Assembly: GCA_038087875.1 (NCBI GenBank) | Contig: CM075987.1 | Location: 17,052,001-17,116,000 of the forward strand | Source: Malacoraja senta | Taxonomy: Eukaryota | Length of the DNA: 64,000 nucleotides | Direction of reading: 5' to 3' | Shown: piece after piece, positions 51,400 through 64,000 of the stretch | How the letters are laid out: each line of letters begins with the position of its first letter | How positions within the stretch are numbered: position 1 is the stretch's first letter | Made by a program: the position numbers and the translations under genes | The notes under the pieces: model-generated | What the model was told of the DNA's origin: nothing | The model's input: only the letters and a program-made list of their open reading frames with translations | The model's database searches: none

Positions 51400-52622
51400 T
51401 CCATATAACCATATAACCATATAACCATAACAGCACGGAAACAGGCCATCTCGGCCCTTCAAGTCCGTGCCGAACATTTTTTTAAATTTTTAAAAAAATT
51501 AAAAATAAATACTCCCCCCTAGTCCCATCTACCTGCACTCAGACCATAACCCTCCATTCCTTTCCCGTCCATATACCCATCCAATCTATTTTTAAAGGAT
51601 AACATCGAACCTGCCTCCACCACTTCCACTGGAAGCTCATTCCACACAGCTACCACTCTCTGAGTAAAGAAGTTCCCCCTAATGTTCCCCCTAAACTTCT
51701 GTCCCTTAATTCTCAAGTCATGTCCCCTTGTTTGAATCTTCCCTACTCTCAATGGGAAAAGCTTATCCACGTCCACTCTGTCTAACCCGCTCATAATTTT
51801 AAAGACCTCTATCAAGTCCCCTCTTAACCTTCTGCGCTCCAAAGAATAAAGACCTAACTTGTTCAACCTTTCTCTGTAACTTAGTTGCTGAAACCCAGGC
51901 AACATTCTAGTAAATCTCCTCTGTACTCTCTCTATTTTGTTGACATCCTTCCTATAATTAGGCGACCAAAATTGTACTCCATACTCCAGAATTGGCCTCA
52001 CCAATGCCTTGTACAATTTTAACATTACATCCCAACTTCTATATTCAATGCTCTGATTTATAAAGGCCAGCACACCAAAAGCTTTCTTTACCACCCTATC
52101 TACATGAGATTCCACCTTCAGGGAACTATGCACAGTTATTCCTAGATCCCTCTGTTCAACTGCATTCCTCAATTCGCTACCATTTACCGTGTACGTCCTA
52201 TTTTGATTTGTCCTTGCCGAGATGTAGCACCTCACATTTGTCAGCATTAAACTCCATCTGCCATCTTTCAGCCCACTCTTCCAAATGGCCTAAATCTCTC
52301 TGTAGACTTTGAAAATCTACTTCATTATCCACAACACCACCTATCTTAGTATCATCTGCATACTTACTAATCCAATTTTCCACACCATCATCCAGATCAT
52401 TGATGTACATGACAAACAACAGTGGACCCAACACAGACCCCTGAGGCACCCCACTAGTCACCGGCCTCCAACCTGATAAACAGCCATCCACCATTACTCT
52501 CTGGCATCTCCCATTCAGCCACTGTTGAATCCATCTTGCTACTCCACCATTAATACCCAACAATTGAATCTTCTTAACCAACCTTCCATGAGGAACCTGG
52601 TCAAAGGCCTTACTGAAGTCCC
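51400..52622 (-). mobile_element. CR1 of a second subfamily with (ACCATATA)n tail
   Basis: DFSKAFD, PQGSVLGP, KYADDT and FFTQRVVAVWNELP; different 3' UTR. Confidence 0.9.
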
Positions 52623-53293
52623 TTGATTCCATTAGCCCTAATTGACTAATGTGAATTTCCTTCAGTTCCACCGTCACACTAGATCCTCGGTCCCCAAGTA
52701 TTTCTGGGAGATTGTTTGTGTCTTCCTTCGTGAAGACAGAACCAAAGTACTTGTTTAACTGGTCTGCCATTTCCTTGTTTCCCAATTATAAATTCACCTG
52801 TTTCTGACTGTAAGTGTCCTACATTTGTCCATTAAACTTTTCCTCTTCACATATCTAAAGAAGCTTTTACTGTCAGTTTTTATCTTCCCCGCAAGCATTC
52901 TTGCTCCTCTTAATTAACCCCTTTGTCATCCTCTGTTGAATTCTAAATTTCTCCCAGTTCTCTGGTTTGCTGCTTCCTCTGGCCAATTTATGTGCCTCTT
53001 CCTTAGATTTAACACTATCCCTAATTTCCCTCATTAGCCACGGTTGAGCCAATGTTTTATTTTTACCCCCGACAGGGATAACTCATCCATGTGGTCTTTA
53101 AATCTTTGCCATTGCATATCCGCCGTCAACCCTTTAAGTATCATATGCCAGTCTATCCTAGCCAATTCCCGTCTCATACCATCAAAGTGACCTTTTTTTA
53201 AGTTCAAGACCCAAGTCTCTGAATTAACCGTGTCACTCTCCATCCTAATGCAGAAGTCCACCATATTATGGTCACTGTTGCCCAAGGGGCTTT

Positions 53294-53877
53294 TGTTACG
53301 ACTCCCGAATGCAGGTACTTCAGAGTCGCGTAACATAATTCAAAAACCAGGTTCAAGTTCAAAAATAGCTTTCATTATTTCAATGGAACACAAAACCCAA
53401 ACCTGATTCAAACAACCCAGTCAGGGATATGGATGGACTAACAAACAATTTAACAGTGCTCCAGCCAGCCACGTGATGGACCGTCGAACCGGAGACTCTA
53501 AGACCTGCCTAAAGAGATATAACCCTTAAACAAAATACACCAAAACTCTGTGGTAATCCCATATCCGTCCCAATTCAATATTTGTTAAGTAGTAATGGTG
53601 AAAGTTCACAAAGTTCTATGCCATGTGGCCAGGCCTTCCGCAGCTCCCACCAGCAGTCAGCTCACAAGTCAGGGTCGACGAAGAAGAGAGGGAATTCTGG
53701 GAGTCTCTGGTATTTATGCTTCAGATGAGTCACCCGTCACCTGACGCAGCTTGGCCAATCGGGTACAGGAGCCTTTTAACCCCTTGATTCCAGACTCACA
53801 GCCACAAGGCCTGCACTCGGGAGAGAAACAGAGAAAGGTAAGTACATAGCATTCACCAGGGGGGGAAGCGCCTAACA
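53294..53877 (-). repeat. 3' LTR
   Basis: Direct repeat of 60692-61271; preceded on the minus strand by GGGTGGGGG (PPT-like). Confidence 0.95.
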
Positions 53878-53962
53878 CCCCCACCCAAAGATACTGAATA
53901 AGTTTCGGAAGAAGAGAGAAAAAACACCACCAAATCCCAGAAACTATTCAGGAGCTAAAATA

Positions 53963-56900
53963 CTACTGGCGCGACAAGGCGTCAGCCAAGACATTATCCT
54001 TGCCACGGATATGCCTGACCTCCAGGTTACATAGATACATAGAAAATAGGTGCAGGAGTAGGCCATTCGGCCCTTCGAGCCTGCACCGCCATTCAATATG
54101 ATCATGGCTGATCATCCAACTCAGTATCCCGTACCTGCCTTTTCTCCATACACCCTGATCCCTTTAGCCACAAGGGCCACATCTAACTCCCTCTTAAATA
54201 TAGCCAATGAACTGGCCTCAACTACCCTCTGTGGCAGATAGTTCCAGAGATTCACCACTCTCTGTGTGAAAAAGTTTTTCCTCATCCTTAAGCTGTGACC
54301 CCTTGTCCTGGACTTCCCCAACATCGGGAACAATCTTCCTGCATCTAGCCTGTCCAACCCCATAAGAATGTTGTACGTTTCTATAAGATCCCCTCTCAAT
54401 CTCATAAATTCTACGGAGTATAAGGCAAGTCTATCCAGTCTTTCTTCATATGAAAGTCCTGACATCCCAGGAATCAGTCTGGTGAACCTTCTCTGCACTC
54501 CCTCTATGGCTATAATGTCCTTCCTCGGATTTGGAGACCAAAACTGTACGCAATACTTCAGGTGTGGTCTCACCAAGACCCTGTACAACTGCAGTAGAAC
54601 CTCCCTGCTCCTATACTCAAATCCTTTTGCTATGAAAGCTAACATACCATTCGCTTTCTTCACGGCCTGCTGCACCTGCATGCCTACTTTCAATGACTGG
54701 TGTACCATGACACCCAGGTCTCGCTGCATCTCCCCATTTCCTAATCGGCCACCATTTAGATAATAGTCTGCTTTCCTGTTTTTGCCACCAAAGTGGATAA
54801 CCTCACATTTATCCACATTATACTGCATCTGCCAAACATTTGCCCACTCACCCAGCCTATCCAAGTCACCTTGCAGTCTCCTAGCATCCTCCTCACAGCT
54901 AACACTGCCCCCCAGCTTAGTGTCATCCGCAAACTTGGAGATGTTGCCTTCAATTCCTTCATCCAGATCATTAATATAAATTGTAAAAAGCTGGGGTCCC
55001 AGCACTGAGCCTTGCGGTACCCCACTAGTCACTGCCTGCCATTGTGAAAAGGACCCGTTTACTCCTACTCTTTGCTTCCTGTTTGTCAGCCAGTTCTCTA
55101 TCCACATCAATACTGAACCCCCAATACCGTGTGCTTTAAGTTTGTATACTAATCTCTTATGTGGTACCTTGTCGAAAGCCTTCTGAAAGTCCGGATACAA
55201 CACATCCACTGGTTCTCCCCTATCCACTCTACTAGTTACATCCTCGAAAAATTCTATAAGATTCGTCAGACATGATTTACCTTTCGTAAATCCATGCTGA
55301 CTTTGTCCAATGATTTCCCCACTTTCCAAATGTGCTGCTATCCCATCTTTAGTAACTGACTCTAGCAGTTTCCCCACTACCGATGTTAGACTAACTGGTC
55401 TGTAATTCCCCGTTTTCTCTCTCCCTCCTTAAAAAGTGGGGTTACGTTTGCTACCCTCCAATCCTCAGGAACTACTCCAGAATCTAAAGAGTTTTGAAAA
55501 ATTATCACTAATGCATCCACTATTTCTGGAGCTACTTCCTTAAGTACTCTGGGGTGCAGCCTATCTGGCCCTGGTGATTTATCGGCCTTTAATCCATTCA
55601 ATTTACCCAACACTACTTCCCAACTAACCTGGATTTCACTCAGTTCCTCCATCTCCTTTGACCCGCGGCCCCCTGCTATTTCCGGCAGATTATTTATGTC
55701 TTCCTTAGTGAAGACGGAACCAAAGTAGTTATTCAATTGGTCCGCCATATCCTTGTTCCCCATGATCAATTCACCTGTTTCTGACTGCAAGGGACCTACA
55801 TTTGTTTTAACTAATCTCTTTCTCTTCACATATCTATAAAAACTTTTGCAGTCAGTTTTTATGTTCCCTGCCAGTTTTCTTTCATAATCTATTTTCCCTT
55901 TCCTAATTAAGCCCTTTGAATTTCTCCCAGTCCTCTGGTATGCTGCTTTTTCTGGCTAATTTGTACGCATCATCTTTTGCTTTGATACTATCCCTGATTT
56001 CCCTTGTTATCCACGGATGCACTACCTTCCCTGATTTATTCTTTTGCCAAACTGGGATGAACAATTTTTGTAGTTCATCCATGCAGTCTTTAAATGCCTT
56101 CCATTGCATATCCACCGTCAACCCGTCAACCGTCAATCCAGGTTGTAGTCTTGCAGCTGCAAACTCCAGCTCATTAACCGCCGGTTCTTATTCTTCATAC
56201 TATGCAAAAATACCAACGGATTATGATCCGTGAGTACGATGACAGGGATATTTGAGGAGCCAACATAAACCTCGAAATGATTCAGAGACATTAAAATAGC
56301 AAGGGCCTCTTTCTCAATGGTGGAGTACCACTTCTGATGACGATTAAACTTCTTGGAGAAGTACGAAACTGGATGCTCCACCCCATCTGAATCATCCTGT
56401 AGAAGAACTCCCCCAACCCCACGATCACTTGCATCCACTGCCAGCTTAAATGGACGCTCAAAATCAGGTGCCGCAAGCACAGGTGCGCGCACCAGAAGAC
56501 TTTTAGTATGATCAAAGGCTTGTTGACACTCTGCGGACCACACAAAAGCTACCTTCGGACTCAGCAAATCCGTCAAAGGGGCAGCCACCGCAGAGAAGTT
56601 TGGACAGAATCCTCTATAGTACCCAACCATAGCCAGATACCTACGCAGTTCAGTCCTCGAGGTTGGAGCAGGAAATGCGACAATATGCCCCACCTTTTCC
56701 TTGAGAGTGCGAACCTGACCCCGGCCCACCACCTTACCCAGATACGATACCATGGCCTGGCCAAACTCACACTTCCCCAGATTGATCGTTAGGTTTGCCT
56801 CCGCTAGACGATGAAATACCTCCTTCAGATGACCGATGTGTTCAATCCACGACCTGGAGCACACAACCAAATCATCAAGGTATGCCTCACAGAAGGATAA

Positions 56901-59427
56901 ACCAGACAATACAATGTTCACCAACCGTTGGAAGGTTGCCGGCGCATTGCGCATCCCAAATGCCATTACTGTGTACTGAAGAAAGTTATCAGGCGTAACG
57001 AACGCAGAGATCTCCCTCGCCCGCCTAGTCAAAGGAACTTGCCAATTCCCTTTTAACAAGTCCAACTTAGACACAAAAGATGCACTTCCCACACGATCCA
57101 CGCAATCCTCCATTCGTGGGAGAGGATAGCCATCCGGCTTAGTTACCCCATTCACTTTCCGAAAGTCCATGCAAAACCTGTCCTCCCCATTAGCCTTCGT
57201 AGCCAGTAGACACGGAGAACTCCACGGACTACAACTGGGTTCAGCAATGCCATGCCGCAGCATATAGTCAACCTGACTCCCTAGACGATGACGCCTGTCA
57301 GGGTTGACCCGATACGGATGCTGTTTAATTGGCTGCAGCACCGGCCACGTCAATGTCATGCTGCAGCACAGACGTCTGAGAAGGCACATCCGAGAACAGT
57401 GACCCATTTGACTCCACCAAAGCAAGCAGATCACCCCGCTGACTTTCAGTCAAATGAGACAACCGCAAGGGAAGCGACTCCAAAGCCTCAGAGTTACACA
57501 GCCTTCCCTGCGTCACTGCCACAGACAACGGTGCCTCACCCACATCACCACCCGTGTCAGGGGGCAGCACCACTGCAGCCAAAACAGGCTTAGACGAAAC
57601 CGAAGGACACAGCACCTCCCCATCAACCTCCACAGGCTCCTGCTCATGGTACTGCTTCATCATGTTGACATGACAGAGCTGAGTCTTACGCCTTCGATCA
57701 GGGGTACCAATAATATAATCCCTTTCACCAACCTTCTTAACCACCTGATAGGGACCGCTATACCGAGCCTGCAGACTGGAACCAGGAATAGGCAACATCA
57801 CCAGGACCTTCTCACCTGGAGAAAAATTCCTACTAGAAGCCTTCCTGTCGAACCACCCCTTCATCCTAGACTGAGCAGAAGCCAGATTACCCATTGCCAG
57901 TTCGCATGCCCTCTTCAGTCTAGTCCGAAAGGTACAGACGTGGTCTAAAATACTCCGTTTATTGTCCTCCTGCAACCATTTCTCCTTTAGGACCCTCAAC
58001 GGACCACGTACAGTATGCGCAAACACCAGGTCAGCAGGACTGAACCCTAAAGACTCCTGCACGACCTCACGCACCGCAAACATAACTAGATGAACCCCCT
58101 CATCCCAGTCTTTTTCAAACTCCAGGCAGTAAGTCCTCAACATAGATTTCAAAGTCTGGTGAAACCTCTCGAGGGCTCCCTGGCTCTCAGGATGATACGC
58201 ACTGGAGTAACAATGCTTAATATCTAACAACTTCATTACCTGACCAAAGACCTTCGACATGAAGTTGGAACCTTGGTCACTCTGCACAACCTTGGGCAAA
58301 CCGAACAACGAAAAAACTTAGTGAGAGACTTCACAATGGTAGGGGCAGTAATTCTACGCAAAGGGACCACCTTTGCGGGTAGACGCACACATAATTGTCA
58401 ATAAAAACTTGTTGCCCACCTTTGTCCGAGGTAGAGGACCTACACAATCAACTAGAATCCGCTCAAACGGCTCACCGACCACAGGGATTGGATATAAAGG
58501 CGCAGGAACAATCGATTGGTTCAGCTTTCCTGCCACCTGGCAAATGTGACAACACCTGCACTGCTGTTTCACGTCCTTTTTCAAACCTTGGCCAAATTTT
58601 TTTTCGTAAGATCCGGCCATACGTCTTATTGACCCCCAAATGTCCACCCAGAGGACCATCATGAGCCAAACCGAGTATCTCTTCCCTATACTGACGAGGT
58701 ATCACAATCTGATCAACCACGCTCCAATCATCATGCCCAGATATATCCAAGGGAGACCACTTTCGCATCAGTAAGCCCTCCCTTAGAAAATACCCCTTTG
58801 CTGTGGAATCCATATCCCCCTCAGGCACGCGCAGTCGAACAGATCAGATAAACCTGGATCGCTCTTTTGCTCCTCAACCAGCCGGTCACGTGACAGCGAC
58901 ACCGGCCCATTTCCAGACACTATCCCATCTTGAGATATAGAAACACCCTTCACAACACAGGATCCCTCATCCTGATCCCCAAAAATGCTCTCACTCAGGT
59001 CCACTACATCCTCAAACTTCGCCTGGCTCTTAGCCATAGCCCTCGTGACAGCACAAGCTGCGAAGATGCTCGGATGCTGCATAGCCAATCTATCAGGACT
59101 CTGCACCATCGGAACAGCCGTCACCTCAGGAGTAACTAAAACTCTACCTCCTGCCAAGTCATTCCCCAAAATTACAGAAACTCCCCCAACGGGAAAACAC
59201 GGCCGTAACCCAACAGTTACCCGGCCTGAAACCAACTCGGACTCGAGACTCACGGTATGCAAAGGCACTACCATGTCATCCATCCCGAATCCTACCACAG
59301 GGACACTTGACCCAACCGATGATTCCCCAGAAAACGGCAGTACACTCTCCAATATAAAGGACTGAGTAGCACCAGTATCACGCAAGTTGGATACTGGAAC
59401 TCTATCACCCCCATCCTCCAAAACCAT
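53963..59427 (-). pseudogene. Gypsy pol: protease, integrase, RT, RNase H (frameshifted, CR1-interrupted)
   Basis: LRDTGA; HDGPLGGH..CHIC, VDCVGP, SDQGSNF, QGALER; YLDD; VDAS, EKEAL, TDHNPL; resumes after the CR1 as EVRHIRGKDNVLADALSRQ*. Confidence 0.93.
54029..56136 (-). mobile_element. Young 5'-truncated CR1 inserted in the Gypsy RNase H
   Basis: 8-bp TSD TCCAGGTT (54021-54028, 56137-56144); 418-aa RT ORF. Confidence 0.95.
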
Positions 59428-60524
59428 GCATGATGAACGTCAACCTTATCAGCTCGGACCTCCCCCTGTATCAACGTGCTGCCACTTGCAGGCACAGAAA
59501 CACCTTTGACATTGCCACCGGCGACACCACCACGATCAACCGGCCATGCACCAAAACTATAGGAGCGCCCACCAAAATCAGTTTTATGAGTCAATGCATA
59601 CTCATCTGCCAACACCGCGGCCTTAGACACCTCATTCACCTTCTGCTCATTAAGGTAATAGTAACCCTCTCAGGGAGACAGTTCTTAACGTCTTCCATAA
59701 TTATCAAGGCCCGCAGTTGCCCAATATCCTTCACTCCTTGAGAAGTGCACCACCTGTCAAAAAGTGCCTCCTTCTCCCTAGCAAACTCCACATAAGTCTG
59801 ACTATCAAACTTCCTAAAGCGCTGGAATTTCTGCCGGTATGCCTCTGGAACTAATTCATAAGCCCTTAATACTGTAGACTTCACACACTCATAGTCCAGA
59901 CTGCTTTCAACAGACAAAGCCGAGTACACCTCCCGTGCTTTACCCACAAGGACACACTGCAATAGCAAGGTCCACACGTCCCCAGGCCACTTCAAGGACA
60001 AAGCCACCCGTTCAAACACTGTGAAAAACTTGTCTACATCCTTCTCACTAAAGGTGGGAACCAGGCGGATGTTCTTGCTCACATCAAACTCCCGTTCCCT
60101 AGAAGAAACCCGGGAGGCATCCCCTTCCTTCTCCCGCAGCCTAATCTCTGCCCGCTTGGTTTCCTCCTCAGCCACCCGCAGCTGAATCTCAGCTCTTTTG
60201 GTCTCCTCCTCTGCTCTTTTGGTCTCCTCCTCTTGGGAGACTCTTGGTCTCCTCTCTCATTGCCAGCTCTAACTCCTTCAACCTAATGACTGCCTCCATG
60301 TCCTGACCAGGCTGAACAGAAGGTGTGGGACAGTCTGCATAGTCAGGCAAAACCCCACCCTCCACCAACGCAGCCCACAACACCGACTTAATGGACTGTT
60401 TCTTTGAATGTGGGTTAATAGGCACTTCATAGTTCTCTGTCAGAAAAATCAAATGCTCCTTCGTACATCTATCAAACAACTCCCGACTAGGAGCTTCAAT
60501 AAATTCCTTCCCTTTAAACTCCAT
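59292..60524 (-). pseudogene. Gypsy gag with SCAN-like capsid C-terminal domain (frameshifted)
   Basis: FFTVFERVA..KWP..W..LLQ..L.GKA, YELVPEAYRQKF, LIIMEDVKNCLP. Confidence 0.85.
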
Positions 60525-60675
60525 ATCAAATGTAGCACCAAACCACCAGCTAAACCCTGGGCACCAATGCTACCACAAACAGGGATGAAAAAAATTTCCT
60601 CACACCACAGACTTCCTTAGTCACCAGAAGCCTACCAAAAAAAAACCCCAAAACGTCTAGGGTCCTCTAAACTTA

Positions 60676-60688
60676 GGACGAGCCCCCA
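60676..60688 (-). promoter_or_regulatory. Primer binding site, tRNA-Pro
   Basis: TGGGGGCTCGTCC, 3 nt after the 5' LTR; first 13 nt of the known Pro PBS TGGGGGCTCGTCCGGGAT. Confidence 0.9.
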
Positions 60689-60691
60689 TTT

Positions 60692-61271
60692 TGTTACGAC
60701 TCCCGAATGCAGGTACTTCAGAATTCAAAAACCAGGTTCAAGTTCAAAAATAGCTTTAATTATTTCAATGGAACACAAAACCCAACCCTGATGCAAACAA
60801 CCCAGTCAGGGATATGGATGGACTAACAAACAATTTAACAGTGCTCCAGCCAGCCACGTGATGGACCGTCGAACCGGAGACTCTAAAACCTGCCTAAAGA
60901 GATATAACCCTTAAACAAAATACACGAAAACACTATGGTCATCCCATATCCGTCCCAATTCAATATTTGTTAAGTAGTAATGGTGAAAGTTCACAAAGTT
61001 CTATGCCATGTGGCCAGGCCTTCCGCAGCTCCCACCAGCAGTCAGCTCACAAGTCAGGGTCGACGAAGAAGAGAGGGAATTCTGGGAGTCTCTGGTATTT
61101 ATGCTTCAGATGAGTCACCCGTCACCTGACGCAGCTTGGCCAATCGGGTACAGGAGCCTTTTAACCCCTTGATTCCAGACTCACAGCCACAAGGCCTGCA
61201 CTCGGGAGAGAAACAGAGAAAGGTAAGTACATAGCATTCACCGGGGGGGGGGGGGGGGGAAGCGCCTAACA
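60692..61271 (-). repeat. 5' LTR
   Basis: Direct repeat of 53294-53877; minus-strand CATAAATA and ATTAAA; TGAGTCA and CCAAT motifs. Confidence 0.95.
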
Positions 61272-61723
61272 GCTTTGCACAACAAGATTGCTAATTAATC
61301 CTTCCTCATTACACAATACCCAGTCTAAGATGGCCTGTACTCTAGATGTTAACAAAGTGTCATTGTTCCAATCACAGTGCATCTGACAATTAAACAGTCT
61401 TGATACTCTGACGGATATTTATAAATGATGGTTTGGCGTATGTCCCTAATAGGTATGACTTTTGCATGGTTTGGAGTGACTAGCTATTTTGTTTTTTAAG
61501 CACAACCATGAATAGACAATAGGTGCAGGAGTAGGCCATTTGGCCCTTCGAGCCAGCACCGCCATTCAGTGTGATCATGGCTGATCATCCACAATCAGTA
61601 CCGCGTTCCTGCCTTTGTCCCTTATCCTTTGACTCCGCTATACTGGGCGTGTGAAATTATAAATGTATTATAATTTCAATTATAATTTTGATGTGAATTT
61701 AATGGGTGCTTTCATTTTCTCAG

Positions 61724-61917
61724 AGCTCTGCTCCAGAGAACCCAGTGATATCCCTGTTGTTTTACGTTGCAACTGATGGACAGGGAGACCTGCTGCCACA
61801 CATTGAGGAGAAGAAGAAGCTGGTCGCTGTGTCAGGCTCATCAGAAGACTTGGGAACATTTACAATCACTTTCCTGCCACCAACTGATGTTAAATCCAGA
61901 AACGGCAAATATGCCAG
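61724..61917 (+). CDS. MOGS: MOGS third coding exon
   Basis: PVISLLFYVATDG...SGSSEDLGTFTITFLPP (human LVSLFFYVVTDG...SELGDFRFTLLPP, from memory); TCAG acceptor, GTGAGG donor. Confidence 0.93.
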
Positions 61918-62304
61918 GTGAGGTTGCCTCTCGTGATCAACCAGCCTGTAAACAGGGTGGAAGTCCATATATATTCAACAAGCTGTTAGATTCATCTGCA
62001 TTTGCTTATTTATGGTATGACATTTTTGGATATTTTGAAGCTATATTCTTTATAGGTTTTACAGTGAGGTCAATTAGTGTTGAATGTAGAACAGTATTGT
62101 AAGGGAACGGGCCCTTCAGCCTACCATGCTTTGCAGATCTTTATGCCTGCCTGTGAACTTTATCTCTCTGTTCCCTGCCTGCTCATGTGCCTGCCACTGC
62201 CATCAAATCAGTTTTCACCACTTCCCCTTGCATTGAGTTGCAGGCAAACTCTATTAAAAAAAATCGCCACATATATATATTCTTTAAACTTCCCCCCCCT
62301 TCCC

Positions 62305-62815
62305 CATGCTAATGGCATGTTGGCCTTCATAACAACAGCAGTTGAGTATTGGAGCAGAGGCCCTTCTGCAGTTGCACAAGGCCCTTGTGAATCCACACCT
62401 GGAGTATTGATGTGCAGTATTGGTCTCCAAATTTGAGGAAGAACATTCTTGCTATTGAGGGAGTACAGCGTAGGTTCACGAGGTTAATTCCCTGGATGGC
62501 GGGACTGTCATATGTTGATAGAATGGAGCGGCTGGGCTTGTATACTCTGGAATTTAGAAGGATGAGAGGGAATCTTATTCAAACATATAAGATTATTAAG
62601 GAATTGGACACACTAGAGGCAGGAAACATGTTCCCGATGTTGAGGGAGTCCAGAACCAGGGGCCACAGTTTAAGAATAAGGGGTAAGCCATTTAGAACGG
62701 AGATGAGGAAAACCTTTGTGGTACTGATTGTAAATGATCAGCCAAGATCATATTGAATGGCAGTGCTGGCTCGAACGGCTGAATGGCCTACTCCTGCACC
62801 AATTGTCTACTGTAT
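62305..62815 (+). mobile_element. CR1 3' fragment
   Basis: IEGVQRRFTRLIP and RTRGHSLRI motifs. Confidence 0.88.
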
Positions 62816-62984
62816 CTCACCTTAAGGTGATTCCCCTAGTATTTAACATTGCCATGCTGGGACAAAAAGATTATGACCGTCTACCTTATCTATGCCTCTT
62901 GTAATTTAATAAACATCTATCAGATCATCCCTCAGTCTTCAACACTCCAGAGAAAACAATTAGCGTTTGTCTAACCTTTCCTGA

Positions 62985-63868
62985 TAGAAACATAGTAAAT
63001 AGGTGCAGGAGTAGGCCATTCGGCCCTTCGAGCCTGCACCGCCATTCAATATAATCATGGCTGATCATCCAACTCAGGAAGAAACCTGCCTTCTCTCCAT
63101 ACCCCCTGATCCCTTTAGCCACAAGGGCCACATCTAACTCCCTCTTAAATATAGCCAATGAACTGGCCTCAACTACCCTCTGTGGCAGAGAGTTCCAGAG
63201 ATTCACCACTCTCTGTGTGAAAAATGTTTTTCTCATCTCGGTCCTAAAAGATTTCCCCCTTATCCTTAAACTGTGACCCCTTGTTCTGGACTTCCCCAAC
63301 ATCGGGAACAATCTTTCTGCATCTAGCCTGTCCAACCCCTTAAGAATTTTGTAAGTATCTATAAGATCCCCCCTCAATCTTCTAAATTCTAGCAAGTACA
63401 AGCAGAGTCTATCCAGTCTTTCTTCATATGAAAGTCCTGACATCCCAGGAATCAGTCTGGTGAACCTTCTCTGTACTCCCTCTATGGCAAGAATGTCTTT
63501 CCACAGATTTGGAGACCAAAACTGTACGCAATACTCCAGGTGTGGTCTCACCAAGACCCTGTACAACTGCAGTAGAACCTCCCTGCTCCTATACTCAAAT
63601 CCTTTTGCTATGAATGCGAACATACCATTCGCTTTCTTCACTGCCTGCTGCACCTGCATGCCTACTTTCAATGACTGGTGTACCATGACACCCAGGTCTC
63701 GTTGCATCTCCCCTTTTCCTAATCGGCCACCATTCAGATAATAGTCTACGTTCCTGTTTTTGCCACCAACGTGGATAACCTCACATTTATCCACATTATA
63801 CTGCATCTGCCATGCATTTGCCCACTCACCCAGCCTATCCAAGTCAACTTGCAGCCTCCTAGCATCCT
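62985..63868 (-). mobile_element. Young CR1 3' portion
   Basis: ORF 62925-63938 matches the other young copies. Confidence 0.92.
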
Positions 63869-64000
63869 GATAGTTAACACCTTCTAATCCAGGCATCATT
63901 CTTGTAAACCTCTTCTGCACCCTCCAAAGCCTGCACATACTTCGTATAATAGAATTGCATGCAAAACCCTAAATACAGAATCATCAACGTTTTATACAGG

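Larger units (their letters stand above)
53294..61271 (-). mobile_element. Full-length Gmr1-type Ty3/Gypsy LTR retrotransposon (defective)
   Basis: Two ~580-bp TG..CA LTRs, 5-bp TSD GCTTT, PBS, PPT-like tract, gag then PR-IN-RT-RH. Confidence 0.95.
52623..61345 (-). mobile_element. Older CR1 fragment (52623-53293 + 61272-61345) split by the Gypsy element
   Basis: CCCAAGGGGCTTT rejoins GCACAACAAGATTGC, matching the APE region of the CR1 at 16150-16230. Confidence 0.85.

Overview
Eukaryotic, not microbial: repeat-saturated vertebrate DNA, most likely a cartilaginous fish (inferred from CR1/HER1-type LINEs and HE1/V-SINE-type SINEs). The only confidently identified host gene is MOGS (ER glucosidase I), with three + strand coding exons (38036-38403, 50248-50468, 61724-61917); the last exon lies beyond the window, and the first coding exon shows an apparent 1-nt frameshift. 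An unassigned transmembrane-coding exon (24524-24668) and a CpG-rich candidate promoter (~25300-25560) lie upstream. The rest is mostly nested transposons: CR1 and Rex1/Babar LINEs, Penelope-like fragments with hammerhead-ribozyme motifs, a full-length Gmr1-type Gypsy element (PR-IN-RT-RH order, tRNA-Pro PBS), two solo LTRs, two Helitron-like elements, hAT elements/MITEs, a 3.6-kb graded microsatellite and two LINE-derived minisatellites. The most intriguing observation is an in-frame U UUA AAC -1 slippery site at the ORF1/ORF2 junction of a young CR1. Degenerate repeat boundaries are approximate and family names come from motif recognition, not database searches.
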